Shown here piece after piece: positions 1 through 9,657 of a stretch of DNA of 64,000 bases (the stretch's first letter is position 1; each line of letters opens with the position of its first letter). The notes beneath the pieces were generated by a model. It was not told the DNA's origin and made no database searches. It saw only the letters and a list, made by a program, of their open reading frames with translations. Source of the stretch: an uncultured Rhodothermales bacterium (GTDB lineage: Bacteria > Bacteroidota > Rhodothermia > Rhodothermales > VXPQ01); assembly GCA_964554105.1 (NCBI GenBank), contig CAZKNF010000006.1:20144-84143 (forward strand), given 5' to 3'. Made by a program: the position numbers and the translations under genes.

Positions 1-1179
1 ATTTTCCTCCGGCTCGATCGTACACGTTCCGTAGACGAGTATCCCTCCAGCCCGAACACATTGCGCGGACGCGTCCAGCAGGTCGTCCTGGAGCGCAACG
101 AGCTCGACAAGGTCCTCGGGACGGCGATTCCATCGGAGGTCGGCTCGCTTACTCAACACACCGAATCCTGAACAGGGCGCGTCGAGAATCACTCGGTCGA
201 ACGGCTCGCGAGGCCGAAACGAGCGCATGTCGGCCGCGACGGTGGCGATACTCCGCGCGCCCAGCTTGCGCGCTCCGCGCTCGACCATCCGAAGTCGTCC
301 CTCGTGTACGTCCACGGCTAAAATCTGGCCGCTGTCCTGCATGAGTTGTGAAGCGAGAAAGGCCTTTCCGCCGGGCGCCGCACAAACGTCCAGTACGCGT
401 TCATGGGGTTGGGGATCGGCCAGCCGAACGATCATGGCCGCCGCCTCGTCCTGAACGAAGCAGAGTCCATCCTCCAGTAGATGGTTGCGAAGCAGGGGCT
501 GTATTGTTCTGGTTCGAATTATATCGTGCAGAAAGACGCCCGGCTCCGACGGAATCGCAAGTGTTTCAAATCGCTCACGCAGCTCGTCCGGCGTAATCCG
601 AAGCGTGTTGGCCCGCACGGCGTACACAGGCCGAACATTGTTCCATTCGAGCAGACGCTCGCATGCTTCAGAACCATACCTCTCGAGCCAACGCCTCACC
701 ATCCACGTCGGATGCGAGTGCCGGATACCGAGGTCGTCGGCCTGATCCCCAGTATCCGGCTCCGGCAGTGCGTCGCGGTGCCGCAGGACGCTGCGCAGAA
801 TACCGTTCACGAGACCCCCGGCGCCCCTGCGAACCTCCGCTTTTGCGAGATTTACTGCCTCACTGACTGCTGCATACGAGGGTGTCTCAAGGAAAATAAT
901 GTCATAGAGCCCGATCCTCAGAATTTGCCTGAGTGCAAATTCCATCTTTTCCAGGTCTCCGCGATAGAAATGGTCAAGGATAAAATCGAGGCGGCGACGC
1001 CATCGCGTGACTCCAGCGACGTACTCCATGGACTGTCGCTCGTCACGAGCGCCCCAGTCCTCTCCAGTTCCCGCGGCACCTATGCCGACGTACGCACCTT
1101 GCTCCTCGATGCGAAGAAGGCGTTGAAGAACCTCACGTCGCACCGCCGATGCCGAACTGGAGGTGTCCTCGTTATTCAT
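1..1179 (-). CDS. rsmB: 16S rRNA (cytosine-C5)-methyltransferase RsmB/Sun; C-terminal end cut by the window edge
   Basis: Absent from the ORF track because its stop lies outside the window. Reverse-complement translation from the ATG at 1179 reads MNNEDTSSSASAVRREVLQRLLRIEEQGAY (NusB-like N-domain). It continues to ERVLDVCAAPGGKAF, FDRVILDAPCSGFGVLSKRADLRWNRRPEDL and GGILVYGTCTIEPEEN, the SAM-binding and catalytic-Cys motifs of the NOL1/NOP2/Sun family. Confidence 0.85.
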   Translation of the reverse strand, partial: MNNEDTSSSASAVRREVLQRLLRIEEQGAYVGIGAAGTGEDWGARDERQSMEYVAGVTRWRRRLDFILDHFYRGDLEKMEFALRQILRIGLYDIIFLETPSYAAVSEAVNLAKAEVRRGAGGLVNGILRSVLRHRDALPEPDTGDQADDLGIRHSHPTWMVRRWLERYGSEACERLLEWNNVRPVYAVRANTLRITPDELRERFETLAIPSEPGVFLHDIIRTRTIQPLLRNHLLEDGLCFVQDEAAAMIVRLADPQPHERVLDVCAAPGGKAFLASQLMQDSGQILAVDVHEGRLRMVERGARKLGARSIATVAADMRSFRPREPFDRVILDAPCSGFGVLSKRADLRWNRRPEDLVELVALQDDLLDASAQCVRAGGILVYGTCTIEPEEN

Positions 1180-1229
1180 TGAGTCGTGTCGTTGACCGCT
1201 GCCCACCACTCGTTAATTGTCCCGTACAT

Positions 1230-2621
1230 TCATCGTCGTCCCGCAGCAGATGCCTTCTTCCATGCTTCATTCGCAGCCACAACAAGTGGATCGAGCGACG
1301 GAGCGAACGGCGGCGTGTAGATTACATCGAGATCGCGAATGGCCTTCACCGTCCATCCATCGCGAATTAGAGGCACGAGTACATTTAACCGTTGCGCTGC
1401 GCCCTCCTTTCCGATCACTTCTGCTCCCAACAGGCGACCGGACCCGCGCTCCACAACCGTCCGCACGTGAATCGGCTTGCTGCCGGGGTAGATTTTTACT
1501 CGTGACCAGTGCTTGACGGATGACGAGACCGCATCGAATCCGGCGGACTTCGCTTCCTCGAGACGCAGCCCTGCCGCAGCTACCTCCAGTTCGAACACCT
1601 TTACCGCCGATGCCGGGCTGACGCCCGGAAACGTTGCCTGCGTTCCGTCTCCGCGGCGAGCTGCGTTCTGCGCCGCTACTCGTGCGGTACGAAACGCGGC
1701 AGGCGAAAGCGGCACGTGGACGCGCGCGCCGTCCACAATCCGCCGCACCTCAGCCAGATCGCCGCATGCCCATACATTCTCTAAGTTTGTACGCATCTCA
1801 TCGTTCGTGGCCAGCGCCCCCGTGCCGCCAACCTTCGCGCCCGCTTCTTCGGCGAGCTCGGTGTTTGGGGTGGTGCCAATGGCAACGACCACCAGCTGGC
1901 AGCCGATCCGCTCTCCGACATCCGTCACTACGGCATCTACCCTCCCGTCGCTGTCGCGTCCGAGCACCGCGCCTCGTTCCGGCCGAATGAGAACGCCATT
2001 GCTCTTCAATTCGTCGACGATCAACCCACTGAACTCGGCGTCGAGATACGCCGGCAGCGGCCGGCCGGCCGGCTCGAGAATCGATACCCGGATGTCGCGC
2101 GCGGCCAGCGCTTCGGCGACCTCGATGCCCACATACCCCGCACCGAGGACGACGGCGTGTGGCACTTCATGCGTATCCAGATAGCCACGCAGCTTTATCG
2201 CATCATCCAGCCGGCGCATTGGAAACACGTTCTCTGCGTCGAGCCCGTCGATTTCCGGCATCCGTGCACGAGCGCCCATCGCGAGAATGAAGGTGTCAAA
2301 CTGCTCCTCTCGTTCCGTTCCGGCGGACAAATCGCGAACGCGAAGACGATTCTTTTCCGGTTCGATGGACGTAACCCGGTGCCGAACATGGACCTTCGCT
2401 CCACGCGTACGCTCGAATTCCGCAGGTGTCAGTACGACAAGCCGGTGATAGTCCTCGATCCATCCGGCTATATAGTAGGGCATCTCGCATGCGCCGTAGG
2501 ATATATGGGCATCCTGCTCGAAGAGTACGACGTCGGCTTCCGGATCGCTGCGCACGGCCTGGGCCGCTGCCGCAGGACCAGACGCTACACCACCGATCAC
2601 GGCAATTCTCTGGCGCGCCAT
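1230..2621 (-). CDS. FAD-dependent pyridine nucleotide-disulfide oxidoreductase (NADH oxidase / CoA-disulfide reductase family)
   Basis: Has RIAVIGGVASGPAAA (FAD GxGxxG), a single redox Cys in SYGACEMPYY, a second dinucleotide fold VVLGAGYVGIEVAE and a C-terminal dimerisation region. The track start at 2624 is TTG. The ATG at 2621 overlaps the TGA of the upstream CDF gene by 1 nt. Confidence 0.75.
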   Translation of the reverse strand: MARQRIAVIGGVASGPAAAAQAVRSDPEADVVLFEQDAHISYGACEMPYYIAGWIEDYHRLVVLTPAEFERTRGAKVHVRHRVTSIEPEKNRLRVRDLSAGTEREEQFDTFILAMGARARMPEIDGLDAENVFPMRRLDDAIKLRGYLDTHEVPHAVVLGAGYVGIEVAEALAARDIRVSILEPAGRPLPAYLDAEFSGLIVDELKSNGVLIRPERGAVLGRDSDGRVDAVVTDVGERIGCQLVVVAIGTTPNTELAEEAGAKVGGTGALATNDEMRTNLENVWACGDLAEVRRIVDGARVHVPLSPAAFRTARVAAQNAARRGDGTQATFPGVSPASAVKVFELEVAAAGLRLEEAKSAGFDAVSSSVKHWSRVKIYPGSKPIHVRTVVERGSGRLLGAEVIGKEGAAQRLNVLVPLIRDGWTVKAIRDLDVIYTPPFAPSLDPLVVAANEAWKKASAAGRR

Positions 2622-3607
2622 CAAGGACGGGCTTCGTTAATGACAGATGGATCGCCCAGCGGATCGGCAGGCTCGGCATGCCCTTCAGGATGGGCAATTT
2701 CGTGATGATCGGGCTCCAGATGGGCGGTGACGAATACTTCGTCCTTCGGGAATGCACTCACGATGCGCTCCTCTACAGCATGCGATCGATCGTGCGCTTC
2801 GGTGATGCTCAGATTCTCCGGAAAGAGGAGATGGTATTCAATCCAGATCTGATCGTGAATCTGCCGATGTCGAAGCTGGTGAAAGTTCGAAACGACCCCG
2901 TCCTCGCGCGCTTGTTCAAGCGTCTGAAGAATGACTGACGTGTACTCATCGTCCGCCCGCTCCATCAAACCGGAGAACGAACGCCGCATGAGCCTCAAGC
3001 CGGTCCACATAATATTGACCGCGACGAGAATGGCCACTAGCGGGTCAAGCCAGATGATATCCGTCAACCAGACAAGCCCGATTCCGATCAGCACGCCGAC
3101 GCTGGTCCACATGTCAGTCAGCACGTGCTGCCCGTTCGAGACGAGCACGAGATTGTTGTAGCGTCGCCCGATGCGGACGAGGTAAAGTCCCAGCGCCAGG
3201 TTGATGACAGTGAGACCCGCCAGGATGAGCAGACCCACATCCAGACGAGCGAGCGACGGCCCCAGAACCAGATCGCCCACCGCCGTATAGACGATCGCGA
3301 CCGCTGCTAAGATAATTAACAGGCCCTCGAGGCCGGACGAAAAGTACGCAATCTTACCGTGACCGTACGGATGCCCCGGGTCCGCCGGTTGAAATGCGTA
3401 CCACAGGGAGAATCCAACGAACGCGGTCGCCAGTAGATGAACGACCGACTCGGCCGCATCCGAAAAGATGGCGGCGCTCCCCGTGAGGAAGTATGCCGTC
3501 AGCTTGCCCGCCAGCATGACGAACGAAACCGCAAGACTGAGCAGCATCGCTCGACGACGCGGATCCATTATATTCTCTCTGTTGCTGTGTTCGACATCCA
3601 TGCGCAA
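2621..3607 (-). CDS. cation diffusion facilitator (CDF) family divalent-metal efflux transporter
   Basis: Six predicted TM helices, FSDAAESVVHLL and HVLTDMW metal-site motifs, and a His-rich cytoplasmic tail (EPDHHEIAHPEGHAEP). An alternative start at Met14 is possible. Confidence 0.85.
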   Translation of the reverse strand: MRMDVEHSNRENIMDPRRRAMLLSLAVSFVMLAGKLTAYFLTGSAAIFSDAAESVVHLLATAFVGFSLWYAFQPADPGHPYGHGKIAYFSSGLEGLLIILAAVAIVYTAVGDLVLGPSLARLDVGLLILAGLTVINLALGLYLVRIGRRYNNLVLVSNGQHVLTDMWTSVGVLIGIGLVWLTDIIWLDPLVAILVAVNIMWTGLRLMRRSFSGLMERADDEYTSVILQTLEQAREDGVVSNFHQLRHRQIHDQIWIEYHLLFPENLSITEAHDRSHAVEERIVSAFPKDEVFVTAHLEPDHHEIAHPEGHAEPADPLGDPSVINEARP

Positions 3608-3700
3608 TGCACCCTCTCGCGTGGAAAAAGTCGAACGTGTTACTGCAGACGATGCTCCATGTGCATCTCTCGCACAGCGTATCTTACCTGGAATATCCAG

Positions 3701-4615
3701 ATGCAGTCAGAACCCATGATAAACCTCGAGCACGTCGGGATTGCTGTAGATGATGCTTCGTCGTCACTTGCGATGATCGCCGACGTTCTGCAAAAAAGCC
3801 ACTACAAGTCGGAAACGCTAAAGACCGACGCCGTCCGAACGTACTTTCTCCCGGCCGGCCCGGCGAAGCTCGAGCTGCTCGAGCCGCTAAGCGCCGACTC
3901 GCCAATCGCGAAATTCCTGAGGAAGAGGGGTCCCGGACTCCACCACCTCGCGTTCGAGGTCGACGACATCCACCGGACCTACGATCGACTTGTCGAGGCA
4001 GGCGTCAGAGTCATCGACGACGCACCTCGTCCGGGTGCCGACGGTAAGCTTATCTTCTTCGTTCATCCAGAAGACACGGGTGGGGTACTATTCGAGTTCT
4101 GCCAGGCTAACCGAAGCATTCTCATAGATATCGAGATCGGCGACACGGACCGGCGGTTCCGCCTGCGGCACGCCGGGCGGGCACTTCATCCGCCCACTCT
4201 GGTCGTGAACGATGCTTTCGAGAACATCGAAATGCTGGCCGCCCGGCTCGAACAGAGTGCGTATGTGCTCGCGACCTCCGAAGAGACACCCCTCGACGGC
4301 TCCGCACTTCTCGACGCCGCAGGTATCGACCGCGTCCACCTCGTGGCTTCGACACGACATTTCAGGCACCTCAACCTTCCGCCCGAACGACTGCGGTCGA
4401 CGATACTAGTTGTGAACGATGAGGAGGATGGGCTGCCCGGTCACAAAAACCGATTGGAAAATATGCTGATCGCCGCATCTCCGACCCACGCCCCAGCAGC
4501 GGCGCGGCTCTGGTCGAACGCGACGGACGCCGGCATCGTCGTTGCCGAAGAAAACCTTCTGGCGCGCGCCATACAGGCGCACATCGAGAGAATAGAAGGA
4601 CTCGGCGTCTCGTAA
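3701..4615 (+). CDS. mce: methylmalonyl-CoA epimerase (VOC/glyoxalase fold) with a C-terminal extension of about 170 aa
   Basis: INLEHVGIAVDD, LELLEP, GPGLHHLAFEVDDI and FVHPEDTGGVLFEFCQ match the MCE/VOC pattern. The track ORF starts at 3437 but would overlap the divergent CDF gene. The ATG at 3701 (MQSEPMINLEH) is the first start clear of it. Confidence 0.7.
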   Translation: MQSEPMINLEHVGIAVDDASSSLAMIADVLQKSHYKSETLKTDAVRTYFLPAGPAKLELLEPLSADSPIAKFLRKRGPGLHHLAFEVDDIHRTYDRLVEAGVRVIDDAPRPGADGKLIFFVHPEDTGGVLFEFCQANRSILIDIEIGDTDRRFRLRHAGRALHPPTLVVNDAFENIEMLAARLEQSAYVLATSEETPLDGSALLDAAGIDRVHLVASTRHFRHLNLPPERLRSTILVVNDEEDGLPGHKNRLENMLIAASPTHAPAAARLWSNATDAGIVVAEENLLARAIQAHIERIEGLGVS

Positions 4616-4676
4616 CGGTGTAAATTCCTTCGGCTTATTACTTTCGCAATCTGCCAGCGATTCGACGACCCGTCCG

Positions 4677-5819
4677 TTATGGAGAGATTTCTTCGAACGA
4701 TTCACGCAGCACGGCATCCAGCTCATCCGACCCGGCAGCAGCCGGAAAGATCGCCACACCCCGAAGGCCCGCTTCCCGTACGAATTCGTACTTTCTGCGC
4801 AGACTTTCGGCATCCTCGAACCACCCCTGGCGCCATCCGGTGGAGTCTTGAAAAGCATAGTATGGGGATCCACTCGTGGAATCGCGCCGAAGGCCATGCG
4901 TCATCGCCTCCTCCATCGCGGAACGCCGCGAGTCAGGCGCCAGCACCGTGTCGCCCGGGGCATAGCTGAGCGTGACCCCGCTCCCGGTCGTGCGAGCGCC
5001 GGGCTGATCCGATTCTGCGGGCCATTCGTATCCGAAATACGGAACGCTCATAACGATCTTGTCGCTCGGCACGCCCAGGTCCTCCAGGCGCTGCACGATA
5101 TATCTCCAATTCCGATTGCCCCATCCCTCGAGGCCGGCAATCGGGCCGGTCCGATCCTCGTTCCGCCCGTGCAAGTCGTAGCCCTGAACGACGAAGTAAT
5201 CGACGTTTCGTGCAAGGGAGGCCTCATCCACCACATCGCTCTCGTCGTAGGCGAGCAGGTAGAGTGACAATGTGGCCTCGGATCTAATCGCTCGCATCTC
5301 CTCACGAAGTCGTTCGACAAAACTCGTGAATCGATCCCGCACTCCATCGGGAACCGGCTGATAGATTTCGAAATCGAGCTGAATGCCGCCGACTGCGGGA
5401 CTGTCACGGAGCAGTCCAAGCAGTGTCTCAAGCAACTTTTCGGATGACGTTGCGCTCGAGAATATGTGTTCGAACGACTCCTGCCGAAACAAGGTGGCTA
5501 CCGGTGTGACGCGAATGCCGTTCTCGATGAGCCTCTGCTGCAGGGTGAACCACCTGTCCGGCCAGCCATGACGCTCCGCAATGGCACCCGTCGAGTCAAG
5601 GTCGATAGAAAAGAAATAGATCTCATCGAAGATGGCAGGGTCGTAGGTCGGATTCTCACCCTGGATCCAGAACGGATGATAACCGGCGATGAGAAACTGA
5701 CCTGCATCGGTCGCTGGCAAAACGCGATCTTCAACAGTCGGACTCGATGTTGCACATCCGGCCAGCAGCAGCGCGGTGAGGACAGAGAACGTCTGAGCAG
5801 ATCGCATGCACCGTGCCAT
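4677..5819 (-). CDS. glycoside hydrolase family 18-like lipoprotein (YaaH/chitinase-like fold)
   Basis: Lipoprotein signal MRSAQTFSVLTALLLAGC. IAGYHPFWI and GGIQLDFEIYQP resemble GH18 strand 4, keeping only the final D-x-E of DxxDxDxE. The start could be 5861, 5819 or 5807. Confidence 0.55.
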   Translation of the reverse strand: MARCMRSAQTFSVLTALLLAGCATSSPTVEDRVLPATDAGQFLIAGYHPFWIQGENPTYDPAIFDEIYFFSIDLDSTGAIAERHGWPDRWFTLQQRLIENGIRVTPVATLFRQESFEHIFSSATSSEKLLETLLGLLRDSPAVGGIQLDFEIYQPVPDGVRDRFTSFVERLREEMRAIRSEATLSLYLLAYDESDVVDEASLARNVDYFVVQGYDLHGRNEDRTGPIAGLEGWGNRNWRYIVQRLEDLGVPSDKIVMSVPYFGYEWPAESDQPGARTTGSGVTLSYAPGDTVLAPDSRRSAMEEAMTHGLRRDSTSGSPYYAFQDSTGWRQGWFEDAESLRRKYEFVREAGLRGVAIFPAAAGSDELDAVLRESFEEISP

Positions 5820-6062
5820 TTTAATTGAAGAACCGACCGATGACCAATAAAGACATGTCATGGATGGGCCGCATCACGGCTGCGTAATAAGATTGCTATA
5901 CCCCCCGATTCGGCGGGCCTGAATATTGGATCACCGCGGGTCTCCACGCAGCGGTTGGTTGAACAATTCAGTCCGGCTTTTCGTTCAGCAGGTGCCGACT
6001 TCGATGTTCCGCAGAGCGGCTTCATGAGCGAGGCTCGAAGCTGCCACAGCTCTATACATTCC

Positions 6063-7904
6063 ATGGAATCCGATCTCAACGATAAACTTTCCAGCATTCC
6101 CCGGCAGCCTGGTGTATACCAGCACAAGGACGCGGACGGAAACGTTATCTACGTCGGAAAGGCGAAGAACCTTCGCAGCCGCGTGCGCTCGTACTTCCAG
6201 GAAGGAAGGCCGCGAGACGGCCGCCTCGCTGTGATGATCAGGAAAATTGAAGATGTCGAGGTGATTGTAACCGACACGGAGGCCGAGGCGCTCATCCTCG
6301 AAAACAACCTCATCAAAAAACTCAAACCTCGCTACAACATCAATCTACGGGATGATAAAACCTTCCCGTACATCTGCATCAAGAATGAACGCTTTCCGCG
6401 TGTTTTCCCGACGCGGAACGTGCGCAAGGACGGATCGAAGTACTTCGGTCCGTACACCGACGTGAAGAACATGAAGTTGATGCTTCGGACCATTAGGTCG
6501 ATCTTCAAGCTTCGTACGTGCAATCTCAACCTATCGCAGGATGCAATCGCATCCGGCAAGTACGAGCCATGCCTGGAATTCCATATTCAAAAGTGCGCGG
6601 CGCCGTGTGTTGGGAATCAGTCGGAAGCATCGTATAACCAGACGATTGTACAGGTAGAAAAGCTGCTGAACGGCCACACCAGGGAACTCATTGATCTACT
6701 GTGTGACGAGATGCAGCGTCTCGCTGACGAAACGAAATACGAAGAGGCCGCGCAGATGCGCGACCGCATCCGTGCACTAGAAAAATATTCACGTCGACAG
6801 AAGGTTGTCAGCACGGAGGAAGTCGACCGCGATCTCTTCGCACTGGCGGTCGATCGCGAGGAGGACGTGGCGTGCGGAGTCTTGTTCAAGGTCCGCGAAG
6901 GAAAAGTCATCGGACGCCTGCACCGATACATGCGCAGAATTGAGGGCTCCTTAGACGAGGCTCTAATGCAGCGCTTTCTCGAGAGCTACTATACGGAAAC
7001 CTCCTTTTTTCCCGAGGAGGTACTGCTGGGCTCCGATACGGCGGAGCCGGAACCGCTAGAGGACATCCTGGCACAGGAGCGCGGCAAGAAGGTGCCGATA
7101 AAGGTTCCGCAGCGCGGCCCTAAAGCCGGACTCATGAAAATGGTCGATACGAACGCGTGGATGCTGCTTGAGGAGTGGAAGCTCCAAAAGATGAAGCGCG
7201 GAGAGGACCGCATACCTCACGCTGTAAAGCAGCTGCAAAAAGACCTCCGCCTCGACGCGCTCCCGCGGCACATCGAATGCTTCGACATCTCGCATCTCAG
7301 CGGCACCGGCACCGTGGCGTCCTGTGTCGTTTTCCGGGACGGCAGAACCCGGAAAAGCGACTACCGGCACTATAAAATACGCAGCACCGAGCACGGCAGG
7401 CCCGACGATTTCCTCGCCATGCGGGAGGTGATCGTACGCCGCTACGGCAAGATCGCGAAGGACGGTGGACCCTGGCCTGATCTGGTCGTCATCGACGGCG
7501 GAAAAGGCCAACTGTCGAGTGCGGCGAAGGCCCTGCAGGAAACCGGCACGTACGGCAAATTTCCCGTCATCGGGTTAGCGAAGCGTCTGGAGGAGGTCTA
7601 CTTTCCAGGAGATTCCGAACCGCTTTTTATCGCGAAAGCGTCGACGTCATTGCAGCTGCTGCAGCGCGTGCGCAACGAGGCACATCGCTTCGCGATCACC
7701 TTTCAGCGAAAACAGCGCAAGAAAGACACCCTGCACACTGAACTACTCCAGATTCCCGGCATCGGAAAGAAGAGAGCGCAGAAGCTAATCAAGGAGTTCG
7801 GATCCGTCAAGCGCGTGAGAGAGGCCGATGAGCCGGCGGTCGCCGACGTGGTCGGACCGGCGGCAGCGGGCAGGATCAGCGACTTCTTCAGTGAACGAGT
7901 CTAG
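6063..7904 (+). CDS. uvrC: excinuclease ABC subunit C
   Basis: GIY-YIG N-terminus (PGVYQHKDADGNVIYVGKAKNLRSRVRSYF), UvrBC-interaction region, endonuclease V-like domain and a C-terminal (HhH)2 (LLQIPGIGKKRAQKLIKEFGS). The ATG at 6063 (MESDLNDKL) gives a canonical N-terminus; the track start at 5955 is TTG. Confidence 0.95.
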   Translation: MESDLNDKLSSIPRQPGVYQHKDADGNVIYVGKAKNLRSRVRSYFQEGRPRDGRLAVMIRKIEDVEVIVTDTEAEALILENNLIKKLKPRYNINLRDDKTFPYICIKNERFPRVFPTRNVRKDGSKYFGPYTDVKNMKLMLRTIRSIFKLRTCNLNLSQDAIASGKYEPCLEFHIQKCAAPCVGNQSEASYNQTIVQVEKLLNGHTRELIDLLCDEMQRLADETKYEEAAQMRDRIRALEKYSRRQKVVSTEEVDRDLFALAVDREEDVACGVLFKVREGKVIGRLHRYMRRIEGSLDEALMQRFLESYYTETSFFPEEVLLGSDTAEPEPLEDILAQERGKKVPIKVPQRGPKAGLMKMVDTNAWMLLEEWKLQKMKRGEDRIPHAVKQLQKDLRLDALPRHIECFDISHLSGTGTVASCVVFRDGRTRKSDYRHYKIRSTEHGRPDDFLAMREVIVRRYGKIAKDGGPWPDLVVIDGGKGQLSSAAKALQETGTYGKFPVIGLAKRLEEVYFPGDSEPLFIAKASTSLQLLQRVRNEAHRFAITFQRKQRKKDTLHTELLQIPGIGKKRAQKLIKEFGSVKRVREADEPAVADVVGPAAAGRISDFFSERV

Positions 7905-7990
7905 GACGTCGTTTTTGTCGCCGAGATGAAAATGCCCCGCCGCGTCGCTATGTTCAGCCCTCCGATCTACCACATCATTCGTGGAAGGAT

Positions 7991-9052
7991 ATGCTGAACT
8001 ACATCTGGGCCGGGCTCATCATATCGGCCCTCGTATTTGCACTCGTCAGCGATTTCACGGATATCGCGACGGATCGATACCGGAACGACGAACCGCTTCC
8101 GATCAGCCTCGCGTATCCAGAAGGGTATCAGGAGGGGACCCGGCGTGTGCCGGTGACAATCCGAATCGACACCACCGTATTTCAGTCATTCTACGATACC
8201 GACTCTTCGCCCGATTCCGTTTACCAGGGATCGGTAATCCGAACGCAAGAAGGCACACTGGTTCGTTTCGACGCCGATGCGTCGCTTCCCGACCCCCTCC
8301 CGACGATACTGGACTATTCCGCCTCTGCAGACGACGAGCTGCAGGGCGCCCTTCAAGACGAACAGGTTGGCGACGACTCGACGACGGCTGTTGCCGCCCT
8401 CCAATTCAACGAAGTCAAATTCCCAAAACTCGATGCCATCACGGCAGCCGCATTCGAGTTCGCGGAAACCGCCGCTACGATCGCCCTCGGCCTGATCGGC
8501 GTGCTGGCGCTGTTTCTTGGATTGCTCCAGATTGCCGAAGCCGCGGGACTGATTCACTCCCTGGTCAAGGTGACGCAGCCTGTGTTTCGGTATTTCTTTC
8601 CCGAGATACCCGACGGCCATCCCGCTCTCGGCATGATCGTGCTCAATCTCACGGCAAACGTGCTGGGTCTCGGCAATGCCGCGACACCCCTCGGTATCAA
8701 GGCAATGGAGGAGCTCCAGAAGCTCAATCCCCAGAAAGAAACCGCCACCAATTCCATGGTGATGCTCCTCGCGATGAACACGGCCAGCGTGCAGCTCGTG
8801 CCGCCGACCCTTCTCGTAGCCGTGATGGGTCTTCAGGTCAACGAGCTCATCTTTCCAATCATCCTGGTGACGACGGGATCCCTTATCGTCGCCGTGACGA
8901 TGACGAGACTGCTGCAGCGACTGTCGGTGTATCGAAAATCGGACCCGCAGAATGGAAGTACCGACCATGCAGCCGACGAGGCGCCCGCACCGCCTACACC
9001 CGACCGGTCTGATGATGCTGATCCATCAACGCCGAGCACGACCGACGACTAG
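7991..9052 (+). CDS. nucleoside-recognition (Gate) domain membrane protein, SpmA-like, with a large internal insertion and an acidic tail
   Basis: MLNYIWAGLIISALVFALVSD, then AAFEFAETAATIALGLIGVLALFLGLLQIAEAAGL and NVLGLGNAATPLGIKAMEEL, match the SpmA pattern. About 125 non-hydrophobic residues are inserted after the first helix. The tail reads PDRSDDADPSTPSTTDD. Confidence 0.7.
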   Translation: MLNYIWAGLIISALVFALVSDFTDIATDRYRNDEPLPISLAYPEGYQEGTRRVPVTIRIDTTVFQSFYDTDSSPDSVYQGSVIRTQEGTLVRFDADASLPDPLPTILDYSASADDELQGALQDEQVGDDSTTAVAALQFNEVKFPKLDAITAAAFEFAETAATIALGLIGVLALFLGLLQIAEAAGLIHSLVKVTQPVFRYFFPEIPDGHPALGMIVLNLTANVLGLGNAATPLGIKAMEELQKLNPQKETATNSMVMLLAMNTASVQLVPPTLLVAVMGLQVNELIFPIILVTTGSLIVAVTMTRLLQRLSVYRKSDPQNGSTDHAADEAPAPPTPDRSDDADPSTPSTTDD

Positions 9053-9098
9053 GACCCAACCGATCCAATCACCCAATTGCTGCTAGGCAATAAGCAAA

Positions 9099-9653
9099 AT
9101 GGACGTATTTCGCACATTCATCGACTACTTTGCCATCTTTGTCCTGCCTGCGTTGATCGTCGGCCTACCGCTGTACGGACTAATCAAAGGCGTCAAAGTG
9201 TACGAGGAGTTCGTCGAAGGCGCCAAGGAGGGATTTCGCGTTGCCGTGCTGATCATCCCCTATCTGGTGGCGATCCTGTTCGCAATCGGAATGTTTCGGG
9301 CGTCCGGCGCGCTGGACTTTCTGGTGGATGGTCTCCGCCCATTGCTTGGCGCCATCGGTTTCCCCCCGGAAGTCCTTCCAATGGCCATTATCCGACCGCT
9401 GACCGGCTCCGGCTCGGCAGCAATAGTCGCCGAGATGATCGAGACACACGGCGAGGATTCGATCCTCGTCAAAATCGTCGGCGTGATGTTCGGGTCCACT
9501 GAAACGACGTTCTACGTGATCGCCGTATATTTCGGCGCAGTCAACATCAAGAAGACACGACACGCCGTGCCAGCCGGGCTAACTGCCGACATCGCCGCTA
9601 TGCTTTTTGCCGTATACCTCGTGCAGCTGATCTTCGGCCGCGTTCCGATTTGA
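9099..9653 (+). CDS. SpmB-like nucleoside-recognition domain membrane protein
   Basis: MDVFRTFIDYFAIFVLPALIVGLPLYGLIKGVKVYEEFVEGAKEGF and IRPLTGSGSAAIVAEMI are typical of the SpmB family. It lies directly downstream of the SpmA-like gene. Confidence 0.75.
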   Translation: MDVFRTFIDYFAIFVLPALIVGLPLYGLIKGVKVYEEFVEGAKEGFRVAVLIIPYLVAILFAIGMFRASGALDFLVDGLRPLLGAIGFPPEVLPMAIIRPLTGSGSAAIVAEMIETHGEDSILVKIVGVMFGSTETTFYVIAVYFGAVNIKKTRHAVPAGLTADIAAMLFAVYLVQLIFGRVPI

Positions 9654-9657
9654 TGCT

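Noticed and set aside
481-1182. A 233-aa plus-strand ORF, with neighbours 149-385, 227-454 and 348-596, covering the start of the window
   Set aside because: They are antisense or out of frame to a clear rsmB reading frame on the minus strand. Their Arg/Pro/Cys-rich composition is typical of shadow ORFs in GC-rich DNA.
3437-3700. Long N-terminal extensions offered by the ORF track: mce from 3437, uvrC from 5955, permease from 36812, cupin from 30556, plug-like gene from 11692 and DUF3078-like gene from 14846
   Set aside because: The extensions overlap neighbouring genes or a terminator hairpin, are Arg/Ser/Cys-rich, and precede internal ATGs that give canonical N-termini or signal peptides.
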